Assembly: GCA_016844565.1 (NCBI GenBank)
Contig: JAENJB010000012.1
Coordinates: 1 to 44,245, forward strand
Length of the DNA: 44,245 nucleotides
Direction: 5' to 3'
Source of the DNA: Dehalococcoidia bacterium
Lineage (GTDB): Bacteria > Chloroflexota > Dehalococcoidia > JAENJB01
The first letter of the stretch is position 1. The number at the start of each line of letters is the position of its first letter. This document shows, piece after piece, positions 1 to 9,931 of this stretch. The notes under the pieces are model-generated. The model did no database searches. It worked only from the letters and a program-made list of their open reading frames with translations, and was not told where the DNA came from. A program made the translations under genes and the position numbers.

Positions 1-1196
1 GGCCTGGCTGGACGATTTGCTCACCGACCCCTGCCGGAGCGGCCACATCGCCCCTCTCCCCGTGGAGTCCACTCACCCCCTCTATATCCTCTACACATCG
101 GGCACCACCGGGAAGCCCAAGGGTATCGTCCACGGGACAGGTGGCTATCTGGTCTACAACTACTCCGCCTACCGCTGGGTCTTCGACCTGAAGGACGAGT
201 CGGTGTACTGGTGCACTGCCGATGTGGGCTGGGTCACCGGCCATAGCGCTATCGTCTATGGTCCGCTGGCGCACGGCGCTACCATCGTACTCTACGAAGG
301 CGTCCCGGACTATCCCGGCCCAGACCGGTGGTGGGATATCGTGGAGAAGTACGGCGTCACCGTTTTCTATACCTCCCCGACCGCCGTCAGGATGCTGATG
401 AAATACGGAGATGACTGGCCGCGAAAGCACGACCTGAGCAGCCTCGACCTTCTTGGCAGCGTTGGCGAACCCATCAATCCCGAGGCCTGGCGCTGGTACT
501 ACGAGCATATCGGACAGGGAAGATGTCCCATAGTGGATACCTGGTGGCAGACAGAGACGGGAGGCATCATGATCTCTCCTACGCCGGGCATTGAGCGGCT
601 ACCCCTCAAGCCCGGCTCCGCCACTTTCCCGTTGCCGGGCATAGAAGCGGTGGTGGTGAACGAGCAAGGCCAACCAACCGCGGCCGGAGAGAGGGGACTA
701 CTCGCCATAAAGAGACCCTGGCCGGGGATGCTGCTGGGCATCCACGGCGCCCCTGAGCGCTACAAGGAGGCCTACTGGTCGCGGTTCCCGGGGCTTTACT
801 ATAGCGGCGACTACGCCATTAAGGACAACGACGGCTACTTCTGGATCCTGGGGCGGGCAGATGAGGTGCTCAAGATTGCCGGACACCGTCTCGGCACCGG
901 GCAAGGAAGACCCGGTAAAGGGAGAGGTCATCATCCTCTTTGCCATCCTCAAAGATGGAGTCACGGCCTCAGAAGAACTCAAGAAGGATCTGGCCAACCA
1001 TATGAGGCTAAAGATAGGCCCCATAGCTACACCGGAAGCCGTCTACTTCGTGGCCAAGCTGCCCAAGACCAGGAGCGGCAAGATCATGCGCCGAGTGCTC
1101 AAGGCGGTGGCCACCAACACTCGCCTGGGCGACTTGAGCACCCTGGAGGACGAGTCGGCAGTGGCGGAGATAATCAAGAGCGTCCAGTCAACCTGA
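1..1196 (+). pseudogene. acs: AMP-forming acetyl-CoA synthetase, cut by the window edge at its 5' end and internally deleted/frameshifted
   Basis: The frame of ORF 17..1291 reads [14 protein letters not shown]...WWQTETGG...KIAGHRLGT and then degenerates. The frame of ORF 861..1196 resumes [11 protein letters not shown]...[13 protein letters not shown]. About 19 conserved residues between GHRLGT and GK are missing, and the two halves are out of frame. Confidence 0.8.
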
Positions 1197-1249
1197 ACAA
1201 AGTTCAGGAAGTGCATCCCTGTCTTGCGATGCCGCCTATTGGCCTGCTC

Positions 1250-1362
1250 CTATCATTGCCACGGAAATGTCATCCTGAGGCCATCGCGTAGCGAGGCCGA
1301 AGGATCCGCCCCCCGCGACACCGCGGCGGATTCTTCGTTCCGCTTCGCGAACTTAGAATGAC
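1250..1362. repeat. palindromic intergenic repeat element (gtcatcctgag...cgaaggatc / ggattcttcg...cttagaatgac variant)
   Basis: Imperfect inverted arms at 1269-1306 and 1329-1362. The arm words are related to the copies at 12.7, 31.9, 35.9, 40.9 and 42.4 kb. Confidence 0.7.
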
Positions 1363-1391
1363 AGGAAACGGCGACCACTGAGAAGGGCCAA

Positions 1392-2243
1392 ATGCACATC
1401 ATTTGCTGCGTCAAGCAGGTACCGGATACGACCCAGGTGAAGATCGACCCGGCGACGAACACCTTGGTCCGCACCGGCGTGGAATCTATCTGCAATCCAT
1501 ACGACCTGGTGGCTGCCGAGGCTGCGGTGCAACTCGTTGAGAAGTATGGCGGCAAAGTAACGGTCATCTCCATGGGACCGCCCCAGGCTGAGTCCGTCCT
1601 GAGGGAATGCCTGGCGCTGGGCGCCCACGAAGCCATCCTTCTCTCCGACAGGGCCTTTGGTGGCGCCGATACCCTGGCCACCAGCTACACCCTCTCTCAG
1701 GCCATATCAAGAATCGCCGCCAAAGACCCGGTCCACCTTGTTATCTGCGGCAAACAGGCTGTGGATGGCGATACCGGCCAGACCGGTCCCGGCATTGCCA
1801 CCCGACTCGGGTTCAATCAATTCACCTATGTCTCCGAGATTATGGGCGTTGACCCGGAGAGAAACACCATTACGGTCAAGCGAGAAATTGAGGGAGGCGC
1901 GGAGGTGATTGAAGGCAAGCTTCCCGCGCTGCTCACCGCCGAGCTGGAGCTAAGCACTATCAGGTATGCCTCCCTGCCCGAACTGGTACGGTCGTTGAGA
2001 CAGACGGTAAGGGTATGGGGAGCAAAGGAATTGGGTGGCCTGCCGGAACGGCTGGGACTGAAAGGCTCACCAACATCGGTTAAGGAAATCTTCGCACCAC
2101 CGGTGCGAGGAGGAGGGCTGGTTTTTGACAGCGGGCAAAATAGCGAACGGGTTGTCAAAGACTTCCTCGATACCTTCTTCGAAAAGGAAAAACGGCTGCT
2201 GGACGGACTGCTAACAAAGGATGGCCATGCCCAAGAACATTAA
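1392..2243 (+). CDS. etfB: electron transfer flavoprotein beta subunit (FixA/EtfB)
   Basis: N-terminus MHIICCVKQVPDT, then ...NPYDL.A.E.A... and ICGKQAVDGDTGQTGP, typical of EtfB. It lies directly upstream of etfA. Confidence 0.9.
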   Translation: MHIICCVKQVPDTTQVKIDPATNTLVRTGVESICNPYDLVAAEAAVQLVEKYGGKVTVISMGPPQAESVLRECLALGAHEAILLSDRAFGGADTLATSYTLSQAISRIAAKDPVHLVICGKQAVDGDTGQTGPGIATRLGFNQFTYVSEIMGVDPERNTITVKREIEGGAEVIEGKLPALLTAELELSTIRYASLPELVRSLRQTVRVWGAKELGGLPERLGLKGSPTSVKEIFAPPVRGGGLVFDSGQNSERVVKDFLDTFFEKEKRLLDGLLTKDGHAQEH

Positions 2244-3486
2244 GGGCAGAGAAATCGCCGAAATCATTCCCGACAAGTGCATTGCCTGCCAGCTTTGCAT
2301 CGGGGAATGCCCCATCAATGCCATAGATATGCAAGGTGGGGCAGTCCGCATCGACCCCGAGGCCTGCGCCGGCTGCGGCAGATGTCTCGATGTCTGCCCG
2401 GCAAACGCCATCCTTTTCGAGAAACCGGTCAGGAAAAAGATGACCGGGATCGGTCAGAAACCGCACCCCCTTGAAGGCTATCGCGGCATCGCGGTATTCA
2501 TTGAAGCCCACGATGGCACAGGGGCTGAGGTCTCCTGGGAGCTGGTGGGGAAAGCCCGCGAGCTTGCCGAAAAGCTGGAGACTCAGGTGCTCGGGTTTCT
2601 CCCGGGAACAGACGTAGAGCCAGTGGCCAGGGAAGCTATCGCCTATGGCTGCGACACCGTCTACATGGTTGACAACCCGCTGCTTCAGAAATACTTATCA
2701 AGAATGTACGGCAGAGCTCTCGCTCACATGTGCAACCAAGTCAAGCCAGAGATACTCCTCGTAGGAGCAACCTCTCTGGGCAGAGACCTGGCAAGTGTCG
2801 TGGCCACCCAACTGGAAACGGGCTTGACCGCCGACTGTACCGGCCTGGATATAAACCCACAGGAGCGTTTGCTCCTCATGACCCGCCCCACCTTTGGGGG
2901 CAACATCATGGCGACCATCCTCTGTAGAAATCACCGACCACAGATGAGCACTGTCAGACCAAAAGTGATGAAGCTCCCGAAGAAAGATACCGGTCGCCGC
3001 GGAGAGATTCGAACCTTCGACCTTGAAACCTCACAGGAAGTAGTGCAGGTGCCGCGAATTATTGATTTCATTCCTAGAGCAGCTGAAGTGGGCGGTGTAG
3101 ATATTACCAGGGCCGAGGTCCTGGTAGTCATTGGCAAAGGCGCTTGCGATCCCAGACATCTGCCAATGTTCGAGGAGCTTGCCATGCTCATGGGAGGGAC
3201 CGTCGCCTGCTCGCGGCCGGTCGTCCAGTCAGGACTTCTCCCGCATATCCGCCAGGTGGGGCAGACTGGCAAGACGGTGGCCCCCAAGGTCTATATCGGA
3301 GTAGCAGTGTCAGGAGCAGTGCAGCACCTGGTCGGCATGCAGGGTGCGGAGAAAATAGTCGCCATCAATATTGCTCGCCAAGCCCCTCTGGTCCAGATTG
3401 CCGACTATGCCCTTATCGGAGACTACCGGGAGATAATCCCCAAGCTGATAAAGGGCATTGAGTCCAGAATCAAGGTGATAAGGTAA
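2221..3486 (+). CDS. etfA: electron transfer flavoprotein alpha subunit with an N-terminal 2x[4Fe-4S] ferredoxin domain (FixB/EtfA)
   Basis: Two CxxCxxCxxxCP motifs (CIACQLCIGECP, CAGCGRCLDVCP) precede an EtfA body ending ...VAINIARQAPLVQIADYALIGDY. ATG 2227 has better AAGGA spacing and is an alternative start. Confidence 0.88.
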   Translation: MAMPKNIKGREIAEIIPDKCIACQLCIGECPINAIDMQGGAVRIDPEACAGCGRCLDVCPANAILFEKPVRKKMTGIGQKPHPLEGYRGIAVFIEAHDGTGAEVSWELVGKARELAEKLETQVLGFLPGTDVEPVAREAIAYGCDTVYMVDNPLLQKYLSRMYGRALAHMCNQVKPEILLVGATSLGRDLASVVATQLETGLTADCTGLDINPQERLLLMTRPTFGGNIMATILCRNHRPQMSTVRPKVMKLPKKDTGRRGEIRTFDLETSQEVVQVPRIIDFIPRAAEVGGVDITRAEVLVVIGKGACDPRHLPMFEELAMLMGGTVACSRPVVQSGLLPHIRQVGQTGKTVAPKVYIGVAVSGAVQHLVGMQGAEKIVAINIARQAPLVQIADYALIGDYREIIPKLIKGIESRIKVIR

Positions 3487-3493
3487 GCAAAGG

Positions 3494-4801
3494 ATGAAAG
3501 AAACCTTTGATGTCGCCATAGTGGGAGCAGGGCCCGCTGGCATCTCTGCTGCCTGTATCCTGGCCGATGCGGGAATAAGGACCATAGTTTTCGAGCGAGG
3601 GGAATACCCTGGAGCGAAAAATCTGTCCGGTGGAGTCCTTTACGGACACAACCTGGCCCAGATACTTCCCGACTATGTCGAACGCCATTGTCCGGTTGAG
3701 AGAAATATCGTAGAGTCCCGGGTCTGGTATCTATCCAGAGAAAGCGGCTATAATCTTGGCTATCGGGATAGCGTCTTCGCTGCTGACCGTAAATACAATG
3801 CCTTCACTGTGGGCAGAGCCAAATTCGACCGCTGGTATGCGGAGCAGGCCCGTATGAAGGGCGCTCTAGTAGTTCCATCAACAGTGGTAGTTGACCTTAT
3901 CAGAAATGGTCATGGTGCTGTAGCTGGGGTTGTCACCGGAAGAACGGATGGAGAGGTCCAGGCCAAGATCACCCTTCTCGCCGATGGTGTAAATTCTCCC
4001 TTAGCAACCCGGGCTGGATTCCGCAGGGAGCTTGCGCCAGAGGAGGTAGCCCTGGCCGTCAAAGAGGTCATCGAACTCCCTGGGGAGGTCATCTCACAGC
4101 GCTTCTGCGTATCCGGAACAGAGGGAGTGACCGCTGAAATATTGGGCGAAATCGCCGGTGGCATGGATGCCGTGGGATTCCTGTACACCAACCAGAGCTC
4201 ACTGTCCCTGGGCCTGGGGGCCAACCTGGCCGACTTCGCCGCCTTTAAGCTCAAACCATACGAGCTGATAGAAGCCTTCAAGCAGCACCCCATGATAGCC
4301 CCTCTCATCTCCGGGGGCAAGACTCTGGAATACACCGCCCACTGGCTGGCTGAGGGAGGCTATGATACCATTCCCCACCTGTACGGCGATGGCTATCTCA
4401 TAGCCGGAGACTCGGCTATGCTCTTCAACGCTCTGCACCGTGAGGGGAACAACCTGGCCATGGCATCGGGAAAGATGGCGGCCGAGGCTATCATCGAGGC
4501 GGTGCACCGCGGCAATTTCTCCAGGAAGGGTCTGTCCGGCTACGGCGAGAGGCTGGCCGGCTCCTTTATCCTCAAGGACATGAAGAAATACCGCAAGTTC
4601 GGCAGATTCCTCTACCAGCACAAAGAGATCTTCGACCGGCTCCCCGCTCTTTCCTCGTTCGCTGCGAGGGAGATGCTAACCGTCAACGGAGTCGCCAAGA
4701 ATCAAAAACAGAGGCTGATAGGCCGGGAGTTCCGCCGGCAAGGGATGTCTCTCTTCAGGCTCCTTCGCCTGCTGTGGCAGGCATGGAGGGCAGTGAAATG
4801 A
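3494..4801 (+). CDS. fixC: FAD-dependent ETF-quinone/ferredoxin oxidoreductase (FixC family)
   Basis: FDVAIVGAGPAG dinucleotide-binding motif, about 435 aa, positioned between etfA and fixX. Confidence 0.85.
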   Translation: MKETFDVAIVGAGPAGISAACILADAGIRTIVFERGEYPGAKNLSGGVLYGHNLAQILPDYVERHCPVERNIVESRVWYLSRESGYNLGYRDSVFAADRKYNAFTVGRAKFDRWYAEQARMKGALVVPSTVVVDLIRNGHGAVAGVVTGRTDGEVQAKITLLADGVNSPLATRAGFRRELAPEEVALAVKEVIELPGEVISQRFCVSGTEGVTAEILGEIAGGMDAVGFLYTNQSSLSLGLGANLADFAAFKLKPYELIEAFKQHPMIAPLISGGKTLEYTAHWLAEGGYDTIPHLYGDGYLIAGDSAMLFNALHREGNNLAMASGKMAAEAIIEAVHRGNFSRKGLSGYGERLAGSFILKDMKKYRKFGRFLYQHKEIFDRLPALSSFAAREMLTVNGVAKNQKQRLIGREFRRQGMSLFRLLRLLWQAWRAVK

Positions 4802-5082
4802 GCATGCCGTTGGAGGGCAAACTGTTCCTTGACCGCTTCAAGGTGGATGAGGAAAGCCACCTGCGGATAGTTGACGGCGAGAAGTGTTTCAAAGAGTGCG
4901 AAGGACAGCCTTGCCTTCATCTCTGTCCGGCCAACGTTTACCGGCTTGAAGAGGGAGACAGAATCAGTGTCAACTACGAAGGCTGTTTGGAATGTGGCTC
5001 CTGCCGGATTGCCTGCCGCCACCTCAACATAGAATGGCGTTTCCCCCGGGGCGGCTACGGCATCAGCCACAAGTTCGGCTAA
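4798..5082 (+). CDS. fixX: ferredoxin-like protein FixX
   Basis: C..C..C...CP-like motifs (CLHLCPANVY, CLECGSCRIAC). The ATG overlaps the fixC TGA (ATGA), and GGAGGG lies 8 nt upstream. The ORF track offers 4774 as an alternative start. Confidence 0.85.
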   Translation: MSMPLEGKLFLDRFKVDEESHLRIVDGEKCFKECEGQPCLHLCPANVYRLEEGDRISVNYEGCLECGSCRIACRHLNIEWRFPRGGYGISHKFG

Positions 5083-5103
5083 GTAGCATGGAGGGAGGAA
5101 CCC

Positions 5104-5349
5104 ATGACAGGGGAAATACGGGAGATAGCAATAGACAAGATTCATCCCACCCTCAGACTGGTGTATGACGAGGACGTCATCCTTCGCCTATGCGAGGATA
5201 TTGAGTTCCGGGGGCTTCAAGAGCCTATTGTAGTGGAGCTCGTCGAATACTGGTTTCAGATAGTGGACGGCGAGAAACGCTGGCGCGCCTGTAAGAAAAT
5301 GGGATGGAGGAAGGTCAAGGCACTGATTCTGGAGGTCTCCGTAGTGTGA
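5104..5349 (+). CDS. stand-alone ParB/sulfiredoxin-fold N-terminal domain protein (81 aa)
   Basis: GLQEPIVV...YWFQIVDGEKRWRACKKMGWRKVKALI resembles the ParB N-domain box (GxxxPI.V / GERRxRA). There is a strong GGAGGGAGG RBS. No HTH or dimerisation domain is present. Confidence 0.6.
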   Translation: MTGEIREIAIDKIHPTLRLVYDEDVILRLCEDIEFRGLQEPIVVELVEYWFQIVDGEKRWRACKKMGWRKVKALILEVSVV

Positions 5350-5431
5350 CCCCCGAGTCGCTACAATGGCGTTGAACACGGGTTCAAGAAATGGATGAGG
5401 GTGAGTTGCGACGCAAGACAGGAGGGAGACG

Positions 5432-6499
5432 ATGGTAGGACCAGAAGTTTACCCGAAGTTCAAGGCCGCCGCCGTTCAGGCCGGGCAGGTCTTGCACGAA
5501 CCGCCCTATTGCTTCGATGTCAAGGCCACCCTGGAGAAAGCCATCAGCTACATCGACCAGGCCGGGAAGAATGGAGCCAGGCTCATCGTGTTCCCGGAAT
5601 GCTGGCTCCCCAGCTACCCGCACCGGCCCCTGTATATCTTTGAGCGCAACCTGGGCATCATCTGGGCCGAGCTGCTCAAACACTCCATCGAAGTCCCCGG
5701 GGCGGAGACGGAAGAGCTCGGTAAGGCTGCCCGGAGAGCCAACGCCTATGTTGTGATGGGGATAAACGAGAGGGACAGGAAATACCAGGGACGGATGTAC
5801 AATTCATTGCTCTACATTGGTCCTCGCGGCGAGGTCATGGGAGTGCACCGCAAGATCAGCAACACCATATATGAACGCTTGTTCCACACCCCCGGCGACG
5901 GCGGCACCAACCTGAAAGCCATCTTCCCTACCGAGGTCGGGATAATAGGTGGCTCTATCTGCGGCGAGCACTGCCAGCACCTTCTGCTTTACAACTGGAT
6001 CATGCAAGGGTTACAGGTACATTGCTCTGCCTGGCCGGGGCATTCGGCATCCACTCTGAAGACTATAATGGATGTGCAGACGCGGGCCCTCTGCACCTCC
6101 GGGGGCGTCTTCGCCGTGCTGTCTGCCGCATACCTCCCACCCCAGGACCGTCCCAAGGTCTTTCTAAAATCAGAATCTCCCCACGATCAATGGTGCGGCG
6201 GCAGCGGCATCATCGACCCATACGGCAACTACATTGCCGGCCCGGTCTACGACCAGGAGACCATAGTCTACGGCGACATTGACCTCTCCGAGGTCATGGT
6301 GAAGAAGCACTCGGTGAGTCCGACCGGAATATACAGTCGCTGGGACATCCTCTCCCTGGCTGTCCGGCAACATGAGTACGAGCCGCTGATACCTTTGGAG
6401 GACAACGACATGTCCGAGCGGGCGGCCACTTCGGAGAGACTGAAAGCCCTGGAAGAGCATGTCAAGGAACTAGAGCGAAGGCTGGCTTCTACTCAATAG
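5432..6499 (+). CDS. nitrilase / carbon-nitrogen hydrolase family protein
   Basis: KAAAVQ start, then LIVFPECWLPSYP (catalytic Glu), HRKI (Lys) and GGSICGEH (Cys). The C-terminal tail is charged and coiled-coil-like. Confidence 0.85.
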   Translation: MVGPEVYPKFKAAAVQAGQVLHEPPYCFDVKATLEKAISYIDQAGKNGARLIVFPECWLPSYPHRPLYIFERNLGIIWAELLKHSIEVPGAETEELGKAARRANAYVVMGINERDRKYQGRMYNSLLYIGPRGEVMGVHRKISNTIYERLFHTPGDGGTNLKAIFPTEVGIIGGSICGEHCQHLLLYNWIMQGLQVHCSAWPGHSASTLKTIMDVQTRALCTSGGVFAVLSAAYLPPQDRPKVFLKSESPHDQWCGGSGIIDPYGNYIAGPVYDQETIVYGDIDLSEVMVKKHSVSPTGIYSRWDILSLAVRQHEYEPLIPLEDNDMSERAATSERLKALEEHVKELERRLASTQ

Positions 6500-6501
6500 A
6501 C

Positions 6502-7005
6502 CTATTCAATTAGTTTGAACATCGATTTCGGCATGCCGCAGACGGGACACTTCTCTGGTGCTTGCCCTTCCACCGTGTTACCGCAGTACTGGCAGACGTA
6601 GAAAGGCTTCAACTCCGTAGCCTGGCCCTTTTCAAGCATGTCCAGGGCATCGATGTACAGACCGTGGTGCAGCCGCTCAATCTTGTTAGCGAAGTCGAAA
6701 CTACCCTTCGCCTTGCTGTTACTCTCCACCTCGGCCTGTTTTATGAAGGCTGGATACATCTCAGTGAACTCATGGTGCTCGCCACCGATAGCCTCCCGCA
6801 AATTGTCTTTCGTGGATCCCACGCCCTGCATGACTTTGAGGTGGTTGCGGGCATGCACCGTCTCAGCCTCCGCTACGGCACGGAACAAACGCGCGACCCG
6901 CTTGTGCCCTTCCCCATCGGCTTTCTCAGCAAAGAACAGGTACTTGCGGTTTGCCTGGCTTTCTCCGGCAAAAGCGGCCCCCAGGTCTTCTTTTGTCGTG
7001 CTCAC
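6502..7005 (-). CDS. rbr: rubrerythrin
   Basis: Ferritin-like ExxH pairs are followed by a C-terminal rubredoxin-like CxxC...CxxC (CQYCGN...CPVCGM). GTG start with an AGGAGG RBS. Confidence 0.9.
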   Translation of the reverse strand: MSTTKEDLGAAFAGESQANRKYLFFAEKADGEGHKRVARLFRAVAEAETVHARNHLKVMQGVGSTKDNLREAIGGEHHEFTEMYPAFIKQAEVESNSKAKGSFDFANKIERLHHGLYIDALDMLEKGQATELKPFYVCQYCGNTVEGQAPEKCPVCGMPKSMFKLIE

Positions 7006-7026
7006 TTTAACCTCCTGATAAAAATA

Positions 7027-7995
7027 CTATTGAAAGAGGATCTTGATTAGTTCATCGAACCCGGCATAGAGTTCCTTCTTCTTCCCCCAGGTATCCTCCA
7101 TCCCTGTATAAACCACTTCACTCCTGACCTCGCCAACCATGCAGCCCTTTCTGCCTTCTAGAAGAGCTTTTACCGCGGCAATCCCCAGCTTGCTCGCCAG
7201 GACGCGGTCTCGCGCTGTGGGAGAACCTCCGCGCTGGATGTGCCCGAGCACACATACCCTGGACTCGAAGTCGACCCTGTCTCTGACCTGCTGGGCTATC
7301 TGGAAACTGACCCCTGGCTTCTCAACCTCAGCTACAACAACGATGGCGCTTCTCCTCCCCTGCTTGAATTTCTCCTGCAGTTTCGAGCACAGATCATCAA
7401 TACTCATCGGCACTTCCGGAATCAGGAGTTCCTGAGCGCCGCCCGCGATGCCGCTCTCAAAGGCAATGAAGCCAGTGTGGTTCCCCATGACCTCCACAAA
7501 GAAGAGGCGCTCATGCGAGAGGGCCGTATCCCTTATACGGTCAATAGCCTCAAGAGCGGTATTCACTGCGGTATCAAAGCCTATGGTGTAATCCGTGCCG
7601 AAAACATCGTTGTCTATGGTCCCCGGCACACCGACCACACTTACTCCGCTCTCCCTGGTCAGTTCGGTGCCGCCGCGGAAGGTACCGTCACCGCCAATAA
7701 GGATCAGGCCCTCGATCTTTTTCTCAGCCAGCGTCCTTATCGCCTTTCTCCGGCCCTCCTTCGTCATGAACCCGGCGCTGCGCGCCGTCTCAAGTATCGT
7801 GCCGCCCAGGTGCACGATATTGGCGACGGAGTCTCCATCCATACTCACCGTGTCTCCGGTGATTAGCCCGTCGTAACCCCGCTTTACGCCCACGATCTCA
7901 ACGGAATTCGCGAGGGCGGTGCGCACTATAGCTCTGATAGCAGCATTCATACCCGGAGCATCTCCACCGCTGGTGAGCACGCCAATTCGCTTCAC
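7027..7995 (-). CDS. pfkA: ATP-dependent 6-phosphofructokinase
   Basis: KRIGVLTSGGDAPGMNAAIRA and GIPGTIDND-type motifs. GTG at 7995 is preceded by GAGGAGG. The 81-codon upstream extension in the ORF track has no PFK counterpart. Confidence 0.9.
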   Translation of the reverse strand: MKRIGVLTSGGDAPGMNAAIRAIVRTALANSVEIVGVKRGYDGLITGDTVSMDGDSVANIVHLGGTILETARSAGFMTKEGRRKAIRTLAEKKIEGLILIGGDGTFRGGTELTRESGVSVVGVPGTIDNDVFGTDYTIGFDTAVNTALEAIDRIRDTALSHERLFFVEVMGNHTGFIAFESGIAGGAQELLIPEVPMSIDDLCSKLQEKFKQGRRSAIVVVAEVEKPGVSFQIAQQVRDRVDFESRVCVLGHIQRGGSPTARDRVLASKLGIAAVKALLEGRKGCMVGEVRSEVVYTGMEDTWGKKKELYAGFDELIKILFQ

Positions 7996-8181
7996 ATTGA
8001 CCTCCTCGGTGGGTATCCATCGCGGATCCCCGCCGTTTGCACTGAATTCGATGATGCCCACTCCACCACATCCTCCGTCCGCACGGAGCCACCCACGATT
8101 GACTGAACTGGTACCACAGTATACCCGATTTGCCGCTTTTGTTGAATCAGGTTGGCCTGTACATATGCCCGGTGAAGGGTT

Positions 8182-8190
8182 TGGTATAAT
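8182..8190 (+). promoter_or_regulatory. candidate extended -10 promoter (TGGTATAAT) upstream of the beta-CASP gene
   Basis: TGGTATAAT lies about 100 nt upstream of the ATG at 8291 in a divergent intergenic region. Confidence 0.35.
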
Positions 8191-8290
8191 GTCGTGCAAG
8201 TCAGGGGTGGGCACCCTGCCTGGTCTAGCCATCAGCAATAGCGGAACCGGTTAAGATTGCGGACAACAGGCAGGCCACGAAAGGAATGGA

Positions 8291-9700
8291 ATGAAAGGTA
8301 AACTGCGTTTCCTGGGCGCTGCCGGTAATGTGACAGGGTCCCGCTATCTTCTTGAAACCGGCAACCTCCGCCTCCTGGTGGACTGCGGCCTTCACCAGGA
8401 GAGAGAGTTCAGGGCCCGGGACTGGCAGCCCTTCCCCGTGTCACCGGATACCATAGACGCTATTCTGCTGACTCACGCGCACGCTGACCACTGCGGTATG
8501 CTGCCCAAACTGGTCCGCGAGGGCTTTAGAGGAAGAATCTACTGCACGGAAGCGACTGCCGAGCTTGCTCAACTCATACTTCTGGATTCGGCTCACCTGC
8601 AAGAAGAAGATGCGGCGTTCAAGAAACGGAGACATGAGCGAGAGGGCAGAAGAGGCCCTTTCACCGAGGCTCCGCTTTACACCGTCGAGGACGCCAGGGC
8701 CTCGTTTCCCCTGTTCAGTCCCATTAAATACGGTGAGCCCGTCCGGTTGGGCGAGCAGGTTGAAACAACGTTTCACGACGCCGGTCATGTTCTCGGTTCA
8801 GCCATGATAAAGGTTGTCATCAGCCAGCGTTTAGAGAAGACCACCGTGCTCTTCTCGGGGGACGTCGGCCGGTGGGACAGACCCATACTCGAGGACCCGA
8901 CCATCTTCAAGGACGAAGTGGACTACGTCGTTGTGGAATCGACCTACGGCGATAGGCTGCATGACAGATCTACCAGCATCGGTCAAGGGCTTGCCGAAAT
9001 CATCAACTCAACGGCCGGGGCAGGAGGGAACATCATCGTTCCCAGCTTTGCTCTCGAGAGAACCCAGGAAATCCTCTACTATCTCAACGACTTGCTTGCC
9101 ACGGACCGGATACCGCACATCATGGTCTTTCTCGATAGCCCTCTGGCCGTGGATATCACGAAGGCATTCCAGCGGCACGAAGAGCTGTTCGACGAGGAAA
9201 TGAGAAAACTTGTGGCCGCTAACCGCTCGCCTTTCGATTTCCCTGGGCTCAAGATGGTCCAGAGCGTGGACGATTCGAAGGCCATTAACCATATTCGCGG
9301 CACAGTCATGATCATAGCAGGGTCTGGAATGTGCACCGGCGGAAGGATAAAGCACCATCTGGTCGCCAACATCTCACGCCCCGAGAGCACCATCCTCTTC
9401 GCCGGATACCAGGCGGTGGGGACCCTCGGGAGACAGATTGTTGACGGCGCCCGGACCGTCCGAATACTGGGACAACACTACCCCGTAAGGGCGAGAATCG
9501 TCCAGATGCCCGGTCTATCGGCCCACGCCGATAGAGACGACCTCTTCCGGTGGCTCTCGGCGCTCGGTAAGCCACCAAAATGCGTGTTCGTCACTCACGG
9601 AGAGCCGGACGCCGCCCGGCAGTTCGGAGAGTTCCTGAGCGCCAAGACCGGCTGGAACGTATCGCAGCCGCGGTACGGAGATGAGACCATCCTGGAATAG
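8291..9700 (+). CDS. MBL-fold beta-CASP family nuclease (CPSF73/RNase J-like)
   Basis: [11 protein letters not shown] (the HxHxDH motif), then a beta-CASP region and C-terminal ...SAHADRDDL...VFVTHGEP. Confidence 0.85.
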   Translation: MKGKLRFLGAAGNVTGSRYLLETGNLRLLVDCGLHQEREFRARDWQPFPVSPDTIDAILLTHAHADHCGMLPKLVREGFRGRIYCTEATAELAQLILLDSAHLQEEDAAFKKRRHEREGRRGPFTEAPLYTVEDARASFPLFSPIKYGEPVRLGEQVETTFHDAGHVLGSAMIKVVISQRLEKTTVLFSGDVGRWDRPILEDPTIFKDEVDYVVVESTYGDRLHDRSTSIGQGLAEIINSTAGAGGNIIVPSFALERTQEILYYLNDLLATDRIPHIMVFLDSPLAVDITKAFQRHEELFDEEMRKLVAANRSPFDFPGLKMVQSVDDSKAINHIRGTVMIIAGSGMCTGGRIKHHLVANISRPESTILFAGYQAVGTLGRQIVDGARTVRILGQHYPVRARIVQMPGLSAHADRDDLFRWLSALGKPPKCVFVTHGEPDAARQFGEFLSAKTGWNVSQPRYGDETILE

Positions 9701-9720
9701 CGAAAAGGACGGGTGCGAGA

Positions 9721-9906
9721 ATGCCGAGATACATGTGTCTGGTGTGTGGCTACATCTACGACCCGGAGCAAGGCGACCCCGACCACGAGGTGAAACCGGG
9801 GACCCCGTTTGAGGCGCTGCCCGCCGGCTGGGTATGCCCCGTATGCGGAGCGGACAAGAGCCAGTTCAAGATAATGGAGGGCTGGCTATCGGGACAGCCA
9901 CTTTAG
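9721..9906 (+). CDS. rubredoxin
   Basis: [17 protein letters not shown]...[13 protein letters not shown], the two CxxCG knuckles. Confidence 0.9.
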   Translation: MPRYMCLVCGYIYDPEQGDPDHEVKPGTPFEALPAGWVCPVCGADKSQFKIMEGWLSGQPL

Positions 9907-9931
9907 CCTCAAGTGAGAAATGATGCCGGCT

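Noticed and set aside
7996-8238. N-terminal extensions offered by the ORF track for pfkA (also era 10856-10957, hemW 25706-25837, the Hint lipoprotein 12816-12992 and the 12S subunit 32098-32154).
   Set aside because: Family N-termini start at the internal codons, which have proper RBSs. The extensions run through promoters, repeat arms or the upstream gene.
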